Part shown: piece by piece, positions 21,686 to 29,661 of the stretch
How positions within the stretch are numbered: the first letter of the stretch is position 1
How the letters are laid out: every line of letters starts with the position of its first letter
From: Gemmata obscuriglobus
GTDB taxonomy: Bacteria > Planctomycetota > Planctomycetia > Gemmatales > Gemmataceae
DNA: 32,000 nucleotides
Direction: 5' to 3'
Assembly: GCF_008065095.1 (NCBI RefSeq)
Contig: NZ_CP042911.1
Span: 4,830,001-4,862,000, forward strand
The notes under the pieces: generated by a model
Seen by the model: only the letters and a program-made list of their open reading frames with translations
Databases searched by the model: none
What the model was told of the DNA's origin: nothing
Position numbers and translations under genes: made by a program

Positions 21686-22645
21686 TCACCCGCCCAGAAG
21701 GAACGCGAGGAGCAGCGCCACCAGTCCGACCAACCCCGCGAGCGCCGAGCGCAGGTAGTCGCCGCGCATGTGCAGCCACGGGTTCACCGGGTCGGCCGGC
21801 AAGCCGTACACCTCCGGGCGGTCGGTGAGCAGGTAGAAGGAGTGCAGTTCGGTATAGGTTTCCGTCGCCTCGGCCCCGTACAGGTACGCCGGCACGCCCT
21901 TCGCCTTCAGTTGCTCCACGCGGTTTTGTGCCCGCTCGCGCAACTCGCTCACCGGCCCGAACTGGATCGACGCGGTGGGACACGCCTTCGCGCACGCCGG
22001 CACCAGGCCGTCGCACTGCCGGTCGTAGCACAGGGTGCATTTGTGCGAGTGGCCGTCGAAGTGGCTCCGGGTGATGACCCCGAACGGGCACGCGGCGACG
22101 CAGTACGCGCACCCGTTGCAGATGTCCGGCTGGATGTACACGTTGGCGAACTCGGTGTACACGATCGAGCCCGTCGGGCACGCCTGCTGGCACGGCGCCG
22201 CCGCGCAGTGCTTGCACACGTCGGACATCATCAGCCACCGGCCGAAATCGACCGGCGGTTGCGAAACGGGGGCCGTGACGACTTCCAGAGGGAACCGCTG
22301 CGGCGCCGGCGCGACCGGCTCGGGGGTCGTGAACTGCTCGATGAACTTCACGTGCCGCCACGTGTCGCCGGTCAGCGCGCCGGTGTTGTCGTAGCTGTTG
22401 CCGGTGAACGTGAACCCGTCGGCCGGGAGCTGGTTCCACTGCTTGCACGCCACCTCGCACGCCTTACACCCGATGCACACCGTGGTATCGGTGTAGAACC
22501 CGGTGGGCGGCTGCTGTGCCGGCCGGACGCCGCGACGGAATGGGTACGTCAGCCGGTGCAACAGCTTGGCGAAGAGGCCGCGGGGCGCCGGAGTCGCATC
22601 GACACCCGCGGGGTGCGCCGGCAGTTCCAGCTCTCTAACCGCCAT
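21686..22645 (-). CDS. fdnH: Formate dehydrogenase iron-sulfur (beta) subunit (319 aa)
   Basis: ATG at 22645 preceded by GGAGGG, overlapping the fdnG end by 11 nt. Four ferredoxin-type Cys clusters (CIGCKACEVAC, CKHCAAAPCQQACP, CNGCAYCVAACP, CTLC...CAKACP). C-terminal TM anchor LAGLVGLVALLLAFLLGG. Confidence 0.85.
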   Translation of the reverse strand: MAVRELELPAHPAGVDATPAPRGLFAKLLHRLTYPFRRGVRPAQQPPTGFYTDTTVCIGCKACEVACKQWNQLPADGFTFTGNSYDNTGALTGDTWRHVKFIEQFTTPEPVAPAPQRFPLEVVTAPVSQPPVDFGRWLMMSDVCKHCAAAPCQQACPTGSIVYTEFANVYIQPDICNGCAYCVAACPFGVITRSHFDGHSHKCTLCYDRQCDGLVPACAKACPTASIQFGPVSELRERAQNRVEQLKAKGVPAYLYGAEATETYTELHSFYLLTDRPEVYGLPADPVNPWLHMRGDYLRSALAGLVGLVALLLAFLLGG

Positions 22646-25600
22646 GCGCGAACCCTCCCTCGGGCTGTGCGGACCGGGGCGTGTCGGGAACCGGGTCGCG
22701 GGTCGGCCACGGCACCGCAATCTTGGTCGCCGCCGGCGGGTTCCCCCCGTGCCGCCCGGCCTCCAACTGGCACGCGAACACCTTGCCCTCGTGCATGCTC
22801 ACGTTCGCCTCGGCCACGATTGCGGTGAGGTCGTTGGCGTTACCGCCCACCACCTCGCCCGCGAACCCCCAGTGGAACGGCAGCCCCACCTGATGCACCG
22901 CACGACCGTCCACCGTCAGCGCCTTGATCCGCGGCGTCACCAGCGCCCGGCACTCGATCGCCCCGCGGGCCGAGCGGACCGTCACCCAGTCGCCGTTCGC
23001 GACCCCGCGGGCGGCGGCCAGTTCGGGGCCGATCTCCGCGAACATCTCGGGCATCAGCTCGTTGAGCCACGAGTTGAACCGGCTCATCGGGCCGCTCAGG
23101 TAGTGCTCCGTCAGCCGGAACGTGAACGCCACCAGCGGGAACACGTCCGTCGGCCCTTGCGCGACGCTGTTCAGCGGCCCGGCAAAGGTGCGGACGGTCG
23201 GACTGCTGGCCTGCTGGGGGTACAGCAGGTTACGCACCGGCGATTCGAGCGGCTCGTAATGGCACGGCAGCGGGCCGTCCTTCGCGCCCTTCGGGGCGTA
23301 CAACCAGCCGAGGCCGTCGGTCTTCATGATGAACGGCTGGTCGCCCCCGATCGCGGCCATGCCCCGCGCCCCTTCGGGCGGGCGGTACGAGGGCGCCTTG
23401 CCGGGCTCGAAGTCGGGTTCGTCCGGCCCCACCCAACGGTCCTGCGAGTCGTCCCACCAGATGTACTTCTTGCGCTCCGACCACGGGCGCCCCTCCGGAT
23501 CGGCCGACGCACGGTTGTAGAGCACCCGGCGGTTATGCGGCCACGCGAACCCCCAGTTCGGTTCGACCGGATTGCCCGGGGTGCGCTCGCGCCGGTTCGC
23601 GCGGTTCCGCCCCGGCTCGGGGTACACGCCGCTGTACACCCAGCACCCGCACGCGGTGGAGCCGTCGGCCTTCAGGGCCGAGAACCCGGGAAGCAACTTC
23701 GGCCGGCCGCTGCGCGGGTCAATTTCGGCCGTCTGGTAGCCGTTGATTTCCTGGAGCACCTTTCCGGCGTCCGGCTCACCCGCGACCCGGCTCACCGTGC
23801 CATCTGGGAGGGTGTGCGGGTGATCGTACTCGTAGTCCCAGGTGAGGTTGAGCAGCGGCGCGTCTTTGGGGTCTGTCGAACCGGCGTACAGCGCCCGCAG
23901 CCGCTTGCCGAGTTGGTACACGAACCACGCGTCCGAGCGGGCTTCGCCGGGCGGGTCGAGCGCCTTGTTGTGCCACTGCAGCAGCCTCTGCGTGTTGGTG
24001 AGTGTACCTTCCTTCTCCACGTGACCGGCGGCCGGGATGAAAAACACCTCCGTCTTGATGTCTTTGGCGGGCGGGCCGTTCGGGTCGTCCTTCCAGAACA
24101 CCGCGCTCTCGGTCTCGAACCAGTCCGCCACCACGAGCCAGTCGAGGTTCCGCAAGGCGGCGCGCTGGAGCCCGGCGTTCATCCCTCCGCCGGCGGGGTT
24201 CTGCCCGAACAGGAAGAAGCCGGTGAGCCCGCCGCGGCTCATGCGATCGAACGTGACGAGGTGCGAATGGTCGCCGTCCACCCGCGGCAGCCAGCCGAAC
24301 CCGAACTCGTTGTCCGGCGTCGCGGCCGGACCGTAGTACGCCTTCAACAGCGAGACGACGAATTCCGGGAAGTTGGACCAGTAGCCGGTCTTCATGCCCT
24401 CTTTGTCGAGATACCCCTGGAGGCTCTCATGGTCGGCGTGCGCCACCGGCTGCGGCAGATATCCGGGGAGGGTGTCGTACAGCGTGGAAACGTCGGTGCT
24501 GCCCTGGATGCTCGAGTGCCCGCGCATCGCCATAATGCCGCCCCCGGGCCGGCCGACGTTGCCCAGGAGCAGTTGCAGGATGCCCGCGGTGCGAATGATC
24601 TGCACCCCGGTGGTGTGCTGCGTCCAACCGACCGCGTAAACGATCGCGCTCGTCCGGTCGCGCCCCGAGTTCGCGCACAGGAGTTCGGCCACGCGGACCA
24701 TTTCCTCCGGGCTGCAGCCGCACACCTCCGCCACCACCTCGGGCGTGTATCGCGCGAAGTGCCGCTTGAGGATCTGGAACACGCACCGCGGGTGCTGGAG
24801 CGTCGGGTCCGTTCGCGGGGCGTCGCCGGCTTCGGCGACACCCATCAGGCCGTAACCGTGGGTGCCGTGCTGACCGGGCTCCGATTTCTTCTGCTCGTTC
24901 CCGCTGCTGCCCGCGTAAGCCCAGTGCCCCCCCTTCGGATCGTAGGTGCCGCTCTCGGGTCGGTAGCCGCTGAACAGCCCGTCCAGGTCTTCCGCGTCTT
25001 CGAACCCCTGCTCAACAATGGTCGCGGCGTTGGTGTACGCGGCAACATACTCCTTGAACCACTTATCCTGAGTCAGGACGTAGTTCACGACGCCGCCCAG
25101 GAACGCGACATCGGACCCCGCACGGATGCCAACGAACACGTCGCACAGCGCCGAGGTACGCGAGAACCGTGGGTCCACGTGGACCAGCGTGGCGCCGGCG
25201 CCCTTTGCCCGCATCGGCCAGCGGAACCCCACCGGATGGGCCTCCGCCATGTTCGAGCCCATGATCAGAATGCAGTCACTGTTCGCCAGGTCCTGAGTAA
25301 AGTTCGTCGCCGCTCCCCGCCCGAACGAAGTGCCCAGACCGGGCACCGAGGCGGAGTGTCAAATTCTTGCCTGGTTCTCGACCGGAATCACCCCGAGACC
25401 GGCCGTGAACAACTTCTTGATGAGGTAGTTCTCTTCAACATCAAGAGTCGCGCCGCCGAGGGTACCGATCGTATCGAACCCGTTGAGCAACCGGCCGTCG
25501 GCCTTACGCGTCACGAAGTCCCGGTCGCGGGCCGCCTTCACGCGCTCGGCGATCCGGTCGAGCGCCCAGTCCATCGACCGCTCCTCCCAACGGTCGGAGT

Positions 25601-25880
25601 GCGGGGCGCGGTACATCACCCGCGTGACCCGGTGCGCGTTGGTGGCGAGCTGAAAGGCGTTCGCGCCCTTCGGACAGAGCGTGCCCTCGTTGATAGGACT
25701 GCGCGGGTCGCCTTCGATGTCGATCAGCGTCCCGCCTTTGGTGTAGATCAACTGCCCGCACCCGACGGCGCAGTAGGGACACACCCCATCAGTAACCGTC
25801 GCGCCACGGAGGCGCGAGCCCTTATCGGCGGTCTGCGGGCTGAACGGCTGCTGTTTCGACCAGAGGGGCAAGCTGAACAT
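22635..25880 (-). CDS. fdnG: Formate dehydrogenase-N/O-type molybdopterin catalytic (alpha) subunit, selenocysteine-containing (1081 aa)
   Basis: ORFs 25880-25359 and 25346-22635 are in one frame, joined by TGA at 25359-25361. The context VENQARI-U-HSASVPGLGTSFGRGAATNF parallels E. coli FdnG VDNQARV-U-HGPTVASLAPTFGRGAMTNHW. CPYCAVGCG FeS motif near the N-terminus. Collinear similarity persists to the C-terminus (WGFAGE...). Confidence 0.9.
25315..25361 (-). promoter_or_regulatory. UGA(Sec) codon plus bacterial SECIS hairpin
   Basis: mRNA UGA CAC UCC GCC UCG GUGCCC-GGUCU-GGGCAC UUCGUUCG GGCGGGG. Upper stem GUGCCC/GGGCAC (25346-25341 / 25335-25330) with a GGUCU loop as in E. coli fdhF. Lower stem CUCCGCC/GGCGGGG. 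Confidence 0.8.
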
Positions 25881-26002
25881 GGCGTGTCCTTCTTCGAGCG
25901 AAGCACCTCGAAACCGCTACCGACATCGTGTGAGCGCAGCGTTGCGAGCTCTCCGGCGGCGGTCCACCCGGACGGATCGAATAAAAGAGCGCTGAGCGAA
26001 AC

Positions 26003-26017
26003 GCAACTCGCGCGCCG
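26003..26017 (-). promoter_or_regulatory. Weak sigma54-type -24/-12 candidate upstream of fdnG
   Basis: The minus strand reads CGGCGCG-CGAG-TTGCG, against the consensus TGGCACG-N4-TTGCW, with correct GG/GC spacing. About 120 nt upstream of the fdnG ATG. The GC-rich background makes chance matches likely. Confidence 0.25.
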
Positions 26018-26295
26018 AGGGCCAGCGCACCTCTTTAAAGATCGCAGGATAGCAGCAGTTGTGTCCGTTCGCCCACAGAAACCCGGAACGGTAGCGAGTT
26101 TTCAACACCGGACCGTCACGCGCGTTTGGGCGGCGATTCTATGAGACTTTGAGCGATGGCACCGGTCTGCACATCATGGTACTAAATCGCCCAGCGGTCG
26201 CCGGCGTGCTCGTTCGCGTCTTCGGCTCCGGGACAAACATAAACGGAGACATCGTCGGTGTTGGGCCGACAACACCGCGCATAAAATGAGGTGTC

Positions 26296-26311
26296 AGGCA
26301 CCACGATTGCT
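26296..26311 (+). promoter_or_regulatory. Sigma54-type -24/-12 promoter candidate upstream of the kinase/regulator operon
   Basis: AGGCACC-ACGA-TTGCT has GGCAC and TTGC at canonical spacing. It lies about 245 nt upstream of ATG 26557, in an AT-richer patch. Confidence 0.4.
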
Positions 26312-26556
26312 ACCCTAATTGAGTTGGTTGCGAAAAAGAGCGCGGAAGTCCCCACTACCTTCCCACCGCAATGGCGCAAACGTCTCCGGGTGAGGGGTTT
26401 CGGGGGCGATTATGCAGGGCATCATGCCTTCGGCCCAATTCAAGTGGTCGGTTGTGCGAGGCAATAAGTGGGCAGAACGCGCCGGCGTGGCCAGTTATTG
26501 ATCACCGTTTACGGCCAAGATGAAGTGCGTGCAAATCATGTGGAGGCAGAGAGGAC

Positions 26557-28086
26557 ATGCATTCTCGGTTGATCGCGCGACTGACCGCCCCGGTGGTCGC
26601 GGTCAGCGTCCTCCTGGTCGCAGTTGCTGCCGGGGCAGCATGGTACGCGCATAACTCCCAGCGCAACGTCTCGGTGATGCTCGACAGTCATGTCGCAAGC
26701 GTCCACGCCGCTCAGGAACTGGAAATCAGCCTGCGCGAGATTCACGTCCAATTCGACCGTTACCTGATCACCGGTCAGCGCAAACACCTCAGCCCTGTGC
26801 CGCGGTTGCGGGAACATGCCACCGAGGCGCTGCGTGCGGCCGAACGGATGGCGACTACCGAACCCGAGCAGGTTCTCATGCGCAAGGTCCGCACGGGCTA
26901 CCAACACTTCTTCGACGCGTACGACCGCCTTGAGCAGACCCCGCCCGAACAGGGTGTGTACGCGAAGGTGTTAGAGCTAATCGACACGGTGCTGACACGC
27001 GAGATCCTGGAACCCGCCCGCGAGTACCTGCGGGTGAACCGGGACATGCTGGACCACACCGCCAAGGCGAACCACGAGCTGTCGCAACGACTCACCGTCG
27101 GGCTCGTGGGGTTGGGCGTGTGCGGATCGGTCGCCGGCCTCTTGGGTGGATGGGCGATCGCGGTATCACTCCGCCGCTCACTGCTCGACACCGACCGCGT
27201 GCTGCGTGACACCGCGGCACTGCTGGGTGAGGCTGTGCCGGCGGCCGACGGGGTAGCGCCGCTCGGGGAGCACTCTGAGACGACCGTCCAGCGCGTCACG
27301 CAGGCCGCGGCTGCTGTACTCAACCGGCTCAAGAAGACCGAACGGGACGCGCTGCGGGCCGAACAACTCGCGTGGGTCGGACAGATGGCGGCGGGGATCG
27401 CGCACGAGGTGCGGAACCCGCTCACCGTCATCAAACTACTGGTTCAGGCGGCCACCGACCCGCGCCGGGCCAACGGGTTCCGCCCACAAGATTTACGGGT
27501 GCTGGAAGGGGAGATTTTGCGGCTCGAGCAGATCATCCGCACGTTCCTGGATTTCGCCCGGCCGCCGCGCCCCGAGAAAAAGAGCGTGGCCCCGGCCGAG
27601 TTGATCCGAGACTGCGTCGAGGGTGTGACGGCTCGGGCCGAGTTGCAGGGAGTGACTGTCAGGGCGGTTGTCTCGTCAGACTTACCGCCGCTCGACGCAG
27701 ACCCAGGACAACTCGGTCAGGTGCTCTACAATCTCTTGTTTAACGCGCTCGACGTCCTCCCGTCCGGCGGGACGGTGCGGGTGACCGCGGCGGTCACGCC
27801 CGATGGCACTGACACACCCGGGGGCACGCTTACCGTACTCGTATCGGACACCGGCCCCGGGCTGCCGGTGGGACTGGAGGAGCAAATCTTCGACCCGTTC
27901 ATCAGCACGAAAGAGACAGGGCTGGGGCTCGGACTATCCATCTGTCGGCGGATCGTGGAGGCGCACGGCGGATCGATCGGCGCAACCAACGGCCCTGCCG
28001 GAGGGGCGGTGTTTGTGATCCGCCTTCCGTGCCGGGCGCAAACGAACGCCCGACCTGCCCCGCTCAGCCCCGCAGGAGCCACGTGA
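26557..28086 (+). CDS. Sensor histidine kinase (509 aa)
   Basis: ATG preceded by GAGAGGA. Two TM segments bracket a ~160-aa extracytoplasmic domain. H-box AHEVRNPL. ATPase boxes LLFNALDV, DTGPGL, GLGLGLSI. Confidence 0.85.
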   Translation: MHSRLIARLTAPVVAVSVLLVAVAAGAAWYAHNSQRNVSVMLDSHVASVHAAQELEISLREIHVQFDRYLITGQRKHLSPVPRLREHATEALRAAERMATTEPEQVLMRKVRTGYQHFFDAYDRLEQTPPEQGVYAKVLELIDTVLTREILEPAREYLRVNRDMLDHTAKANHELSQRLTVGLVGLGVCGSVAGLLGGWAIAVSLRRSLLDTDRVLRDTAALLGEAVPAADGVAPLGEHSETTVQRVTQAAAAVLNRLKKTERDALRAEQLAWVGQMAAGIAHEVRNPLTVIKLLVQAATDPRRANGFRPQDLRVLEGEILRLEQIIRTFLDFARPPRPEKKSVAPAELIRDCVEGVTARAELQGVTVRAVVSSDLPPLDADPGQLGQVLYNLLFNALDVLPSGGTVRVTAAVTPDGTDTPGGTLTVLVSDTGPGLPVGLEEQIFDPFISTKETGLGLGLSICRRIVEAHGGSIGATNGPAGGAVFVIRLPCRAQTNARPAPLSPAGAT

Positions 28087-29558
28087 TGCCGAAGGTGCTC
28101 ATCATCGACGACGAGCCCGGGATCTTATACTCGCTCAAGTCCGCCCTTGAGCGCGGTGACACCGCGGTAGCGACCGCCGCCACCGCCAAACAGGGGTTAG
28201 CTACGGTGGCGCGCGAGCGCCCGGATGCGGTGATCCTCGACGTGCGGTTGCCGGACATGTCGGGTCTCGACGCGTTCCTACTGATTCGTGAGACCGACCC
28301 TCGGTTGCCGGTGATCGTGATCACCGCGCACGGCAGCACCGAGACCGCCATTGAGGCCACCAAGCGCGGCGCGTTCGAGTACCTGCTCAAACCGATCGAC
28401 CTCCACCAACTCGACGAGGTGCTCGGACGGGCATTCGAGATGCGACTCGCGCAGGTTGCACCGACAGCGAGCGGAGACGCTCCACCGCCGGAAGATAGTG
28501 CCGATACAGAACAGATCGTTGGGCAATGCCCAGCGATGCTCGATGTGTACAAGGCCATCGGCCGCATCGCGCCACAGGACGTACCCGTTCTAATCTTGGG
28601 CGAAAGTGGCACTGGCAAAGAACTGGTCGCACGTGCGCTGTACCTGCACTCGCCGCGGTCCGACAAGCCGTTTGTGGCCATCAACTGCGCGGCCATTCCG
28701 GACGCGCTGCTGGAGAGCGAGTTATTCGGACACGAGAAGGGGGCGTTCACCGGCGCCGACCGGCGCCGGGTGGGCAAGTTCGAGCAGGCGCAAGGCGGCA
28801 CCGTGTTCCTCGACGAAATCGGCGATATGCCCCCGGCGGCACAGGCCAAGATGTTGCGGTTGCTGCAGGACCAGCGGTTCGAGCGGGTGGGCGGGAACGA
28901 GTCGGTGCAGACCGACGTGCGGGTAATCGCGGCGACCAACCGCGACCTGTCAGCCCTGGTACGGGACAGCAAATTCCGTGAGGACCTGCTCTACCGACTC
29001 AACTCGTTCACGGTCACGCTACCGCCCCTGCGTGACCGGACGGGCGACATCGAGCCGCTGGTGAGCCACTTCGTGACGGCGGCGAACCGCAAGCTGAAGA
29101 AGAACGTCCGGGGGGTGGACGCTGCGGCCCTGGCTGTACTGGAGTCGCATCGCTGGCCCGGCAACGTGCGTGAGTTGCAAAACGCAATGCGATACGCGGT
29201 GGTCCAGGCCGTGGGTGAGGTGATCACTCCGGACTGCCTTCCGGCATCGTTACGTGGCGCGGCAGCACCGCCGGGCGACGCGCTGGAACTGACCGCGCTG
29301 ATTACGAGTCTGCTGCGAGTCGGTGCCACCGACATCTACAGGCAAGTGACTCACACCGTCGACCGCGCGCTGTTAACGGCCGTATTAGAACACGTTCACG
29401 GAAACCAGAAGCAGGCCGCGGACCGATTAGGCATCTCGCGCACTACTCTACGCGCGAAGCTCCAGACCCTCGGTTTGGGTGTCGAGAAGCATGTTCGGAG
29501 TGTAGACGGCAGCGAAGACCCGGGCGGCGTAAGCCCGGATTCGGTGGCCACTGAATGA
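28086..29558 (+). CDS. Sigma54-dependent response regulator, NtrC family (490 aa)
   Basis: The ATG overlaps the kinase stop (TGATG). Receiver domain (VLIIDDE...ILDVRLPDMSG). AAA+ Walker A GESGTGKE, GAFTGA sigma54-contact motif, Walker B VFLDEIGD. C-terminal Fis-type HTH QKQAADRLGISRTTLRAKL. Confidence 0.85.
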   Translation: MPKVLIIDDEPGILYSLKSALERGDTAVATAATAKQGLATVARERPDAVILDVRLPDMSGLDAFLLIRETDPRLPVIVITAHGSTETAIEATKRGAFEYLLKPIDLHQLDEVLGRAFEMRLAQVAPTASGDAPPPEDSADTEQIVGQCPAMLDVYKAIGRIAPQDVPVLILGESGTGKELVARALYLHSPRSDKPFVAINCAAIPDALLESELFGHEKGAFTGADRRRVGKFEQAQGGTVFLDEIGDMPPAAQAKMLRLLQDQRFERVGGNESVQTDVRVIAATNRDLSALVRDSKFREDLLYRLNSFTVTLPPLRDRTGDIEPLVSHFVTAANRKLKKNVRGVDAAALAVLESHRWPGNVRELQNAMRYAVVQAVGEVITPDCLPASLRGAAAPPGDALELTALITSLLRVGATDIYRQVTHTVDRALLTAVLEHVHGNQKQAADRLGISRTTLRAKLQTLGLGVEKHVRSVDGSEDPGGVSPDSVATE

Positions 29559-29661
29559 GCCCACTCAGTTCCAGGACGGGAAGTCAACATCGCCGCTACG
29601 GTGGCCGTGAGATGAGCTCTGCCAGCCACCGCGTCAGCCATACCCCGAACGGGTGCAACGG

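Noticed and set aside
21407-22828. 473-aa plus-strand ORF, plus ORFs 21678-22460(-), 21283-21828(+) and 21176-21625(-)
   Set aside because: These are shadow or out-of-frame ORFs over fdnH and the NrfD-like gene. Their translations are arginine-rich and low-complexity. The fdnH frame has four clear ferredoxin Cys clusters.
22503-26144. 1213-aa plus-strand ORF, the longest in the window
   Set aside because: It lies antisense to fdnG. Its product is R/G/P/A-rich with no motifs. It is a typical shadow ORF of a high-GC gene whose opposite strand has unmistakable FdnG similarity.
26157-26171. TGGCAC-CGGTC-TGCA as a sigma54 promoter
   Set aside because: It has a perfect -24 box, but the GC of the -12 element is one nucleotide too close. 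Sigma54 promoters do not tolerate that spacing change.
28029-28085. Upstream Met (28029) as the response-regulator start
   Set aside because: It would add 19 residues overlapping the kinase C-terminus. ATG 28086 gives the canonical MPKVLIIDDE receiver N-terminus and a TGATG stop-start overlap.
28064-28972. 302-aa minus-strand ORF
   Set aside because: It lies antisense to the NtrC-family regulator, whose frame carries the Walker A/B and GAFTGA motifs.
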